Below, one piece after another: positions 20,483 to 28,406 of a DNA stretch of 64,000 nucleotides (the stretch's first letter is position 1; each line of letters begins with the position of its first letter). The notes below the pieces were generated by a model that had not been told where the DNA came from, made no database searches, and saw only the letters and a list, made by a program, of their open reading frames with translations. The stretch is taken from positions 1-64,000 of the forward strand of contig CAVUAK010000001.1 of the NCBI GenBank assembly GCA_963739455.1, written 5' to 3'. The position numbers were made by a program, and so were the translations under genes. Source of the DNA: an uncultured Gemmatimonadales bacterium. Lineage in GTDB: Bacteria > Gemmatimonadota > Gemmatimonadetes > Gemmatimonadales > GWC2-71-9.

Positions 20483-20838
20483 CTAGCCGAATCTGAGTAG
20501 TGAAAGCTCCGGCCAACGATCTTGCCGGCTCCTCCCAACTGCACCTTGATGTAGAGATCGGGTCGTCCGACCTGCAATCGGGCGAGTATCACCCAGGCAA
20601 TCGACCCTTTGGGCTGCTCCAACTCCATGACCTGCACAGGTGCTCCCGATTCCAACTGGTCAGCAATGAACTCCCAGGCCTGAGAATCCGTGAATGGCAA
20701 CCCGCTTTCTGGAGATGCCACCTGATGCGGAAACCAGCGGCACGGGTAAGTCGCATTCCTAGGTACAACCCGGCATTCCCGCTTCCTAGCGAGGATCGCG
20801 AGGTGTTTCCTATTCTCCTGTGTGGGATCATTTGACAT
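20479..20838 (-). CDS. MqsR-like (RelE-superfamily) toxin
   Basis: C-terminal LYIKVQL...SFH signature; directly upstream of an MqsA-like gene. Confidence 0.65.
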   Translation of the reverse strand: MSNDPTQENRKHLAILARKRECRVVPRNATYPCRWFPHQVASPESGLPFTDSQAWEFIADQLESGAPVQVMELEQPKGSIAWVILARLQVGRPDLYIKVQLGGAGKIVGRSFHYSDSAR

Positions 20839-20939
20839 CTATCAACATGACATCCTGACCAATTGACCTCCGAACAACGCGTTGACGCCTTAGTACTCTG
20901 CATTGCCCATCAGCTTATTGACCAAATGACGATACGTAA

Positions 20940-20953
20940 AGATCATATGATCT
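20940..20953. promoter_or_regulatory. Perfect 14-bp palindrome AGATCATATGATCT, candidate operator
   Basis: In the AT-rich region upstream of the toxin gene. Confidence 0.45.
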
Positions 20954-21000
20954 ATTGTTACATACCATACGTCTTTTGTTCGGTGAAGGTCATACAAGCA

Positions 21001-21034
21001 GAGCGGGGCGACCAGTCCCCTGATCGCCCCGCTC
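21001..21034 (-). terminator. Hairpin terminator after rplS
   Basis: GAGCGGGGCGA...TCGCCCCGCTC stem, T-rich tail on the minus strand. Confidence 0.7.
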
Positions 21035-21061
21035 TAATTCCCCGCCTGTCCACATCCAGCC

Positions 21062-21409
21062 TTACGCGTCCCGCTTCTCCCGGATGCGGGCAGCCTTGCC
21101 GCTCAGCGCGCGGAGGTAGTACAGCTTCGCGCGACGGACCCGACCGCGGCGCACCACCTCGATGGTCGCGATCGACGGGCTGTGGATCGGGAAGATGCGC
21201 TCGACACCAACGCCGGCGCTGACCTTCCGGACGGTGAAGTTCTCGCTGATCCCACCACCCCGCTTCGCGATGACGATGCCCTCGAACGCCTGGAGGCGCT
21301 CCTTGTCTCCCTCACGCACGCGCACCATGACGCGGATCGTGTCGCCGGCACCGAAACCCGGAATGTCGGTGCGCAGACCCTCGCGGCTCAGCTCAATCAT
21401 GTCCTGCAT
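21062..21409 (-). CDS. rplS: 50S ribosomal protein L19
   Basis: [41 protein letters not shown]. Confidence 0.97.
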   Translation of the reverse strand: MQDMIELSREGLRTDIPGFGAGDTIRVMVRVREGDKERLQAFEGIVIAKRGGGISENFTVRKVSAGVGVERIFPIHSPSIATIEVVRRGRVRRAKLYYLRALSGKAARIREKRDA

Positions 21410-21474
21410 GGTCGTATCCTCGTCTGGTGTTCTACTGGCAGAGGGCGAGTATGAGCGCGGAATGCGCTGATTCT

Positions 21475-22168
21475 TCACTCGCCGTGCTGGGCCCAAAGGT
21501 CAGGCCTCTGTTCCTTCGTCAACTCTTCAGACTTCTGGCGGCGCCAGGCGTCGATCTTCGCATGGTTGCCGCTCAACAACTCTTCCGGAACCTTCATCCC
21601 GCGATACTCAGGGGGCCGCGTGTAGCTCGGCGGACTGAGCAACCCATCGTAGTGCGAGTCGCTGCTGGCGGACTCGTGGTCGCCCAGGACTCCCGGGAGC
21701 AACCTCACCACGGCGTCGATGATGGCCAGCGCAGCCGGCTCACCACCCGTAAGGACGAAGTCTCCAAGAGACAGCTCCTCAGTCGCCAAACCCTCGGCCA
21801 CCCGCTGGTCCACGTCCTTGTAGTGGCCGCAGAGCAACGTCACCTGACTTTCGAGCGAGAGCCGGACCGCATCAGCGTGCCCGAACTTCTTCCCCCGGGC
21901 CGAGAGGAGGATCACGGGACCTGGTGCCCGACTACCTATGCGGACCCAGGCTCTCCACCGCCTCGAAGAACGGCTCCGGCTTCAGCACCATGCCTGCCCC
22001 ACCACCATATGCGTAGTCGTCTACCGTGTTGTGCTTGTCATGCGTGAAGTCGCGAAGCTGAACCAGCTTGAATTCGACCTTTCCCGACTGCACAGCCCTT
22101 CCCACGATGCTCGCGCCGAGCGCGGGCTCGCAACACTTCGGGGAAGAGGTGACGACGTCAATCCTCAA
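21475..22168 (-). CDS. trmD: tRNA (guanine-N1)-methyltransferase (apparent frameshifts)
   Basis: [51 protein letters not shown]. Confidence 0.93.
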
Positions 22169-22688
22169 TCAGCCCGTCCGGTGGCGTGACGGTCAACCGT
22201 CTCGCGTCCCGGTCGACCTCAGGCACGAATTCCTTCTTGAACGGCAACAGGAACTCACGCTTCGGTCCCTGCACTTCGATGAGCAGACCGCCCGCCGTCT
22301 CGTACCAGGCGGTGACGAGCCCAAGTGGCGTACCGTCGGGCCGAACAACCGCGAAGCCTTCCAGCTCATGCAGCCAGACTTCATCGGAGCTGGGCGCCCT
22401 GACCTTCGTGTCGGGAGTCGTGAGAAAGAGACCGCGTACCCACTCGACATCCTCGACCCGGTCCATCCCCTTGAACTTGAGGATCCACTCCCGGTGATAC
22501 TTGGCGCTCCACTCGATTTCCAGGGACTCGTGGACGAATTCTCCGTCGAGACCCTTCACGCCGACCTGCTGTCCCGCCGCGAACACCAGGTCAGGATCAC
22601 TGGTGAGCGGAAAGATCGCGACGTTGCCCTTCAGGCCGTGCGGCTTCCGAAGCCGACCCACCACGAGGTGGCGGAGCGGTTCCGTCAT
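22158..22688 (-). CDS. rimM: Ribosome maturation factor RimM
   Basis: VGRLRKPHGLKG..LLPF..FVPEVD..PPDGL; position in the operon. Confidence 0.93.
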   Translation of the reverse strand: MTEPLRHLVVGRLRKPHGLKGNVAIFPLTSDPDLVFAAGQQVGVKGLDGEFVHESLEIEWSAKYHREWILKFKGMDRVEDVEWVRGLFLTTPDTKVRAPSSDEVWLHELEGFAVVRPDGTPLGLVTAWYETAGGLLIEVQGPKREFLLPFKKEFVPEVDRDARRLTVTPPDGLIED

Positions 22689-22690
22689 CG

Positions 22691-22948
22691 TCACGCGCCC
22701 TGCAGGACCCCGGCGTTCTTCAGGATCGCCTCGACGGTTTCCGTCGGGGTGGCACCCTGGGCAATCCACTTCTTCGCCTTCTCGACGTCGATGACGACCT
22801 TCTCGGCGGGCGTCGCACCCTTGGGGTTGTACGTGCCGAGGATCTCGATGAACCGGCCGTCGCGCGGGGCCTGCTTCTCGGCGACGACAATGCGGTACAG
22901 CGGGAGCTTCTTACGACCGACGCGGCGGAGACGAATGCGAGTAGCCAT
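22691..22948 (-). CDS. rpsP: 30S ribosomal protein S16
   Basis: IRLRRVGRKKLPLYRIVVA..RDGRFIEILGTYNP..GATPTETV. Confidence 0.97.
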   Translation of the reverse strand: MATRIRLRRVGRKKLPLYRIVVAEKQAPRDGRFIEILGTYNPKGATPAEKVVIDVEKAKKWIAQGATPTETVEAILKNAGVLQGA

Positions 22949-23012
22949 GCTGTGTTCTCACTTCCTGTTTGTGTAGGACGAAACTCATACCACGGTCGCG
23001 GTAACCCGCGAG

Positions 23013-24347
23013 CTAGCCCGGAAAACCCTTACCGCCAAACGGAAGTCGTACGCCCGGCTTCCCCGCCGACTTCATCATCTTCTGCATCTGCTTGAACTGC
23101 GTGAGCAGAGTGTTGACCTCTTGAACCGTGCGCCCCGAGCCCTTGGCGACGCGAATCTTCCGCGGGCCGTTGAGCAGGTCGGGATTCTTGCGCTCCTTGG
23201 CCGTCATGCTGAGCACGATGGCCTCGACGTGCTTGACGCGCTTCTCGTCGAGATTCGCGTTCTTGAGCGCTGCCGCATTGATACCGGGCAGCATGCCGAG
23301 CACGTTCTTGAGCGGCCCCATCTTCTGCATCTGCCGCATGGCCGCAAGAAAGTCCTCGAGATCGAGAGCCTTCTTCTGGCCCATCTTCTTCGCGAGCCGT
23401 TCCGCTTCCTTCTCGTCGACGGTGGACTGGGCCTTTTCCACGAGCGAGAGGATATCGCCCTGCTGGAGAATGCGGCCCGCCAACCGGTCGGGATGGAACG
23501 GCTCGAGTGCGTCGAGCTTTTCTCCGACACCGATGTACTTGATCGGCGCCTTGGTGATGCCGTAGACGGAGAGGGCGGCACCGCCGCGCGCGTCTCCATC
23601 CATCTTGGTGAGGATGACTCCGGTGATTCCCAGGGCGTCATGGAAGCCCTTGGCCACGCGGACTGCATCCTGACCGGTCATGCCGTCTGCGACGAAGAGG
23701 ATTTCATGAGGCGAGATGGCCGACTTGAGGCGGCGCAGCTCGTTCATCATGTCTTCGTCGATCTGGAGACGGCCGGCGGTGTCGACGATGACGGTGCGCG
23801 CGCGTTCCTTCTGCGCTGCGACGATGCCGTCCTTCACGATCCGCACGACGTCTTTTTCACCTGGCGCCTGGTACACGCCGACCTGGGCCTGCGCCGCGAG
23901 TGTCGCGAGCTGTTCCGCGGCGGCCGGGCGATAGACGTCGGCGGCGACGAGGAACGGGGCCTTCTGCTCCAGCTTCAACCGCTTCGCGAGCTTGCCGGCG
24001 GTTGTGGTCTTGCCGGAGCCCTGGAGGCCGACGATCAAGATGATCGTGGGCGGTACCGATGCGAATGCGATCGGCGCGGACTTCTCGCCGAGCAGCGTGA
24101 CCAGTTCGTCGTATACGATCTTGACGAGCTGGTGACCGGGGCGAACATCCTTGATCTGGAGGACGCCGACGGCACGGGCCTGCACTTTTTCGAGAAATTC
24201 GCGGGTCAGTTCGAAGCTGACGTCGGCTTCGAGAAGGATGCGGCGAACTTCACGCAAACCTTCGCGGACAGCATCCTCGGTGAGGACGCCACGACCAGCC
24301 AACTGGCGGAGCGTGGCGGTGAGCTTTCCGGAAAGTTCGTCGAACAT
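23013..24347 (-). CDS. ffh: Signal recognition particle protein
   Basis: GLQGSGKTTT, DVYRPAA, DTAGR, TKMDGDARGG, M-domain SMT..ER..RVAKGSG. Confidence 0.97.
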   Translation of the reverse strand: MFDELSGKLTATLRQLAGRGVLTEDAVREGLREVRRILLEADVSFELTREFLEKVQARAVGVLQIKDVRPGHQLVKIVYDELVTLLGEKSAPIAFASVPPTIILIVGLQGSGKTTTAGKLAKRLKLEQKAPFLVAADVYRPAAAEQLATLAAQAQVGVYQAPGEKDVVRIVKDGIVAAQKERARTVIVDTAGRLQIDEDMMNELRRLKSAISPHEILFVADGMTGQDAVRVAKGFHDALGITGVILTKMDGDARGGAALSVYGITKAPIKYIGVGEKLDALEPFHPDRLAGRILQQGDILSLVEKAQSTVDEKEAERLAKKMGQKKALDLEDFLAAMRQMQKMGPLKNVLGMLPGINAAALKNANLDEKRVKHVEAIVLSMTAKERKNPDLLNGPRKIRVAKGSGRTVQEVNTLLTQFKQMQKMMKSAGKPGVRLPFGGKGFPG

Positions 24348-24410
24348 AAGCCCAGAAGGATAGCGTGTTTACGCCCTGTCTTCAAGCTGGTGCGGCTGGC
24401 CGGGCGGGCG

Positions 24411-24530
24411 GGCCGGATCGGGCAGGGGGCCTCCCTTCGGGGAAAGGGGAACGCACACCAGGTTCCCTTTCGATCGCACTCATGGGTGCGTTCCACGATC
24501 CCCTCCGGGAGGCCCCCTACCCTCCCGGCC
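24411..24530. repeat. Long hairpin element, copy 1 (homologous to 33868-34004)
   Basis: Nested inverted repeats GGGGGCCTCCC/GGGAGGCCCCC, GGGGA/TCCCC, GGAACGCAC/GTGCGTTCC. Confidence 0.75.
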
Positions 24531-24613
24531 TTTCGGACCCCTTCGCCGGGCGCCCCATCCCTCCTGGCCAATCGAACCTTGCCTTCCTGAGCGACACTCA
24601 ATACTGTGAATAC

Positions 24614-24868
24614 ATGAAAAATATCACAGTTACTGTGAGCGACGACCTTTATAAGGCCGCGCGACTCCGGGCCGCCGAGCGGCAGTCGACGGTGTCGGCG
24701 CTGGTGCGGGCGTTCCTGGAGCAGCTCACCAATGACGTGAGTGCGCACGAGCGGCTGAGGCTGGAACAGAACGAGATGATCGCGCGAATTCGCGCCGAGT
24801 ATCCCGGATTTGGTGCCGGGGACCGACTGTCTCGCGACGACATTCATCGGCGCGATGCGATTCGTTGA
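24614..24868 (+). CDS. VapB-like ribbon-helix-helix antitoxin
   Basis: MKNITVTVSDDLYKAARLRAAERQSTVSALVRAFL; overlaps the PIN gene; ACTGTGA/TCACAGT inverted repeats at 24603-24638. Confidence 0.85.
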   Translation: MKNITVTVSDDLYKAARLRAAERQSTVSALVRAFLEQLTNDVSAHERLRLEQNEMIARIRAEYPGFGAGDRLSRDDIHRRDAIR

Positions 24869-25262
24869 TACGAACGTCCTCCTCTACGCAGTCAGCTCGC
24901 GCCCCGAGGAAGCCCCCAAGGCCGAGCGGGCGCAGGCGCTCCTGAATGAGCCGGACCTGGGGATATCGGTCCAGGTGCTGCAGGAGTTCTACGTTCAGGC
25001 CACGCGATCCGGCGCACCGTCCCCCATCGGCCACGACGCAGCTGTGAGATTTATCAGGACGCTCGAGCGGCTTCCGCTTCAGGAACAAACTGCTTCCCTG
25101 ATGCATGCAGCATTCGCCACGCGCGCCCGCTACGGTATCAGCTACTGGGACGCCGCCATCGTGGAAGCGGCCCGGATGCTGGGTTGTCGTCAGGTGCTGA
25201 CTGAGGACCTGCAGCACGGGCAGGACTTCGCTGGGGTCCGGGTGGCGAACCCGTTCCTCTGA
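24855..25262 (+). CDS. PIN-domain toxin (VapC family)
   Basis: FVDTNVLLYA, QVLQEF, SYWDAAIVEAA, TEDLQHG..NPF. Confidence 0.92.
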   Translation: MRFVDTNVLLYAVSSRPEEAPKAERAQALLNEPDLGISVQVLQEFYVQATRSGAPSPIGHDAAVRFIRTLERLPLQEQTASLMHAAFATRARYGISYWDAAIVEAARMLGCRQVLTEDLQHGQDFAGVRVANPFL

Positions 25263-25283
25263 CGACCCGCAAAACGGAGGAAT

Positions 25284-25322
25284 GATCCTTCGCTTTGGGG
25301 CTCAGGATGACTGGGGCGCTCA
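25284..25322 (+). repeat. REP-like half element / left direct repeat of the Fic cassette
   Basis: GATCCTTCG...GCTCAGGATGAC; 25298-25322 matches 26688-26712 at 24/25 nt. Confidence 0.7.
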
Positions 25323-25426
25323 ATCGCCACGGCGTCGCGAAACGAGATAAAGCGGACATTCACGCGGACATTACTGCGGAAGTAGCGCCGTTGCAGAATC
25401 TACTATCTGTTGCTATCATGTCACTT

Positions 25427-26662
25427 ATGGAAGACAACAAAGCGGACGTTATAGCGGACATTACTGTGCGTGATATCGGGGAATCCACCTCCCTCATGGA
25501 GCCCCTGCTCGTGTCGGATGCGGCAGCGCGGCGGGCGGCGCTGCCTGACCTCGCGCTTCAACTCGCCCAGGAGTCGGCGGCATTCCGCTCGAGCCTGCCG
25601 CCCGAAGTCGTCCGTTCGGTGGCCGACCTGGTGCGCGCGATGAACTGTTACTACAGCAACCTCATCGAGGGGCACAACACCCATCCCATCGATATCGAGC
25701 GGGCGCTTCAGAAGGACTATAGCGCGGATCCACGCAAGCGAGACCTGCAGATGGAAGCGACGGCACACGTCGCCGTCCAGAAGTGGATCGACGAGGGAGG
25801 TCTCAGGCATCGTGCAACGACCGCCGAGTCAATCATCGAGATCCACCGGCGATTCTACGAGGAACTGCCAGCGGACTTTCTCTGGGTGGACGATCACGAG
25901 AGTGGCGCTCGTCTCCGGGTTCATCCAGGACAACTCCGGAACCGGGATGTGCGAGTCGGGCGCCACGTCGCCATCAGTCCTGCAGCGGTTCCGAGATTCC
26001 TCGAGCGATTCGAACAGGGCTATGGCGGACTGGGTACCGCCGACCGTGTTCTGGCCGCCGCCGCCGCGCATCACCGATTGTTGTGGATCCACCCGTTCCT
26101 GGATGGCAATGGACGCGTCGCGCGGCTGATGACTCACGCCATGCTGCTCGACGCGCTCGACACCGGAGCCATCTGGTCGGTGGCCCGTGGCCTGGCCCGG
26201 AACGAGGCAGCGTACAAGGCACACCTTGCCGCCTGCGACTCACCGCGCCGAGGGGACCTCGATGGCCGCGGCAACCTGAGCGAGGAGGCCGTGGCGGAAT
26301 TCACCAGCTTCTTCCTGAAGACCTGCATCGACCAAGTGCGGTTCATGCGCCAGCTCATCGAGCCGGACCGACTCCGCAGCCGCATCCTGGGCTGGGCCAA
26401 TGAGGAGATCGCGACCGGAGCGCTCCCGGTAAAGTCGGGGCAGGTACTCGAGGCTGCGCTCTTTCGCGGGAGGCTCAAGCGCGGGGACATCGGCCCGCTG
26501 CTCGGCCTTACCGATCGCCAGTCGAGGCGAATTACCAGCGTCCTCCTGGACGCCGGCGTGCTTCAGTCGGATGGCCCCCGGGCGGTCCTTCGCCTCGCGT
26601 TCCCGGCGACGCTTGCCGCCCGCTGGATGCCGGGGCTTTTCCCCGAACAGTCCGAGTCGTGA
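25427..26662 (+). CDS. Fic-family protein with C-terminal HTH
   Basis: HPFLDGNGRVAR catalytic motif; SNLIEG inhibitory motif. Confidence 0.92.
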   Translation: MEDNKADVIADITVRDIGESTSLMEPLLVSDAAARRAALPDLALQLAQESAAFRSSLPPEVVRSVADLVRAMNCYYSNLIEGHNTHPIDIERALQKDYSADPRKRDLQMEATAHVAVQKWIDEGGLRHRATTAESIIEIHRRFYEELPADFLWVDDHESGARLRVHPGQLRNRDVRVGRHVAISPAAVPRFLERFEQGYGGLGTADRVLAAAAAHHRLLWIHPFLDGNGRVARLMTHAMLLDALDTGAIWSVARGLARNEAAYKAHLAACDSPRRGDLDGRGNLSEEAVAEFTSFFLKTCIDQVRFMRQLIEPDRLRSRILGWANEEIATGALPVKSGQVLEAALFRGRLKRGDIGPLLGLTDRQSRRITSVLLDAGVLQSDGPRAVLRLAFPATLAARWMPGLFPEQSES

Positions 26663-26670
26663 GCGGGGGG

Positions 26671-26719
26671 GCTCAGGATTACTGGGAGGGCTCAGGATGA
26701 CTCGGGCGCTCAGGATCAC
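26671..26719 (+). repeat. Three tandem GCTCAGGATNAC REP-like motifs
   Basis: Copies at 26671, 26690 and 26708; related motifs at 25300, 27723 and 52994-53019. Confidence 0.7.
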
Positions 26720-26838
26720 GGTGGAACGTCTACCCCCAAAGAGATAGACGAAGACTCCCAGTTCTAGGGACGCGATCCAGAGGAACTTCGCGCCAGCTTT
26801 CGGTCGCTCCGTTGACATCTCACAGAGGAGGACGATTC

Positions 26839-27396
26839 ATGTTGCACAAGCGCATGCTGATGATCGCCACGGTTGCCGCGGTCGTCAGCGTCTCCCGCAG
26901 TAGTGCCGTGTCGGCCCAGGAGAAGGCTGACGTGAAGGTCCCGGGCGGGTTGTCGATGTCCGAGTTCAAGGGCTATGAGAGCTGGGAGTTCATCTCGCTG
27001 AGCAAGAGCGACGCCGCGGTCGCCGCGATCCTCGGCAACAAGGTGATGATCGACGCGTACAAGGCGGGCTATCCGGGCAATGGCAAGCCGTTCCCGGACG
27101 GGGCGAAGATGGCGAAGATCCACTGGGCACCAACGCAGAGCAAGACGGCGCCGGGGCCGACGACCATCGCAGGCTCGCTGCACGACGTGGACTTCATGGT
27201 AAAGGATGCGAAGCGGTTTCCCGACGGGGGATGGGGCTATGCGGCGTTCGAGTACGATTCGGTGAAAAAGGTGTTCACGCCGGCAACGGCGAAGTCGTCA
27301 CCGCCGCAACTGAATGATGCGAAGTGCGGATTGGGGTGTCACACGATCGTGAAGAAGCAGGACTACGTGTTCACCGAGTACGCGAAGCGTCAGTGA
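26839..27396 (+). CDS. Cytochrome P460-family protein
   Basis: Signal peptide; PFPDGAKMAKIHW; FMVKDAKRF..GGWGYA.F; CGLGCH..DYVFT. Confidence 0.88.
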   Translation: MLHKRMLMIATVAAVVSVSRSSAVSAQEKADVKVPGGLSMSEFKGYESWEFISLSKSDAAVAAILGNKVMIDAYKAGYPGNGKPFPDGAKMAKIHWAPTQSKTAPGPTTIAGSLHDVDFMVKDAKRFPDGGWGYAAFEYDSVKKVFTPATAKSSPPQLNDAKCGLGCHTIVKKQDYVFTEYAKRQ

Positions 27397-27451
27397 GGAG
27401 CGGCTATGTGGTGGCGCTCCCTCGCGGCACCCGACCCCGTGCTGATGCCTC

Positions 27452-27489
27452 GGGATTGCTTCGGCCGCATAGCGGCCTCGCAATGACAA
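27452..27489 (+). repeat. REP-like GATTG...CTCGCAATGAC half element
   Basis: Related copies at 46313-46342 and 48243-48280. Confidence 0.65.
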
Positions 27490-27490
27490 C

Positions 27491-27640
27491 GTGAGAACCG
27501 TCGTGGAGCACACCGTCGTCACTACGGGGCTGAGCTATGAGGCCCTCGTGGCAGCGTTCGAACGGGAACTTGCCCGGCTCGACCCCGGCATAAACGTCAA
27601 GCTGATCGAGCGCGGCGCGCCATGGAGCGAGGGACGCGGG
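27491..27640 (+). pseudogene. Probable N-terminal fragment of a DUF302-like gene
   Basis: VEHTVVTTGLSYEALVAAFERELARLDP, then loses protein-like character; lies between REP-like motifs. Confidence 0.35.
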
Positions 27641-27817
27641 GCATCGGGCTGGACTACGGCGGCTGGGGACTGGAGTCGATCCAGGCGGCCGACGCAGCGG
27701 CGATTCTGGGAGCGTTTCCGCGGCTCAGGATGAAGCACGAATTCGCCGAGACGTGCCGGGGGTAGGAGGGCGGGGAGGGCGGGGAGGGCGGGTGGATACG
27801 TGATCGGAGACTGCTGC

Positions 27818-28378
27818 ATGCAACTGCTGTCCGTTCAGGTCGGGCGTCCGCGTGAGGTCGAGTGGCGAGGGGAGGTCGTGACGACCGGGATCTTCAAGCA
27901 ACCGGTGCACGGTCCGGTGATCGTGCGGTACCTGGACCTGGATGGCGACGAGCAGGCGGACCTGACGGTGCATGGCGGTCGCGACAAAGCGGTGTACGTC
28001 TACCCGAGCGAGCACTATCCGCTGTGGCGGAAGGAGCTGCCGGAGCTGGAGTTCCCTTTCGGCGCGTTCGGGGAGAACCTGACGGTGGAGGGGCTCCTGG
28101 AAAATGACGTGCGGATCGGGGATGTACTGCGCATTGGCAGCGCAGAGTTCGTGGTGACGCAGCCGAGGCAGCCGTGTTACAAGCTCGCGGTACGGTTTGA
28201 CAGAGTGGACATGCTGAGGCGGCTGCTGCGCACGGGCCGATCGGGTTTCTACCTGCGAGTGCTGAAGGAAGGCGTGTTGAGCGCGGGTGACACGATCGAT
28301 CGGACGCGAGCGGATGAGAGTGCTCCGACGATTCCGGAGGTGTTGGCGAGTTGGCGGTCAGGCGGGCAGGGCGGGTGA
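27818..28378 (+). CDS. MOSC-domain protein (YiiM-like)
   Basis: TGIFK..DEQAD..HGGRDKAV..FGENL..TQPRQPCYKL..SGFYLRVL. Confidence 0.92.
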   Translation: MQLLSVQVGRPREVEWRGEVVTTGIFKQPVHGPVIVRYLDLDGDEQADLTVHGGRDKAVYVYPSEHYPLWRKELPELEFPFGAFGENLTVEGLLENDVRIGDVLRIGSAEFVVTQPRQPCYKLAVRFDRVDMLRRLLRTGRSGFYLRVLKEGVLSAGDTIDRTRADESAPTIPEVLASWRSGGQGG

Positions 28379-28406
28379 CGACTTCAATTGCCAAGTGGAG
28401 ACTTTC

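Noticed and set aside
21475..22168. trmD as a pseudogene or programmed frameshift
   Set aside because: trmD is normally essential and similar indels hit many unrelated genes, so sequencing/assembly error is the simplest explanation.
24411..24570. SRP (4.5S) RNA beside ffh
   Set aside because: The conserved CAGG..GRAA..AGCA domain IV motif is not present on either strand as far as I can read, and a second copy lies elsewhere.
23121..24590. Long antisense/alternate-frame ORFs (e.g. 23121..24590, 38553..39941, 41555..43105, 2120..3280)
   Set aside because: Shadows of real genes in GC-rich DNA, with no recognisable motifs.
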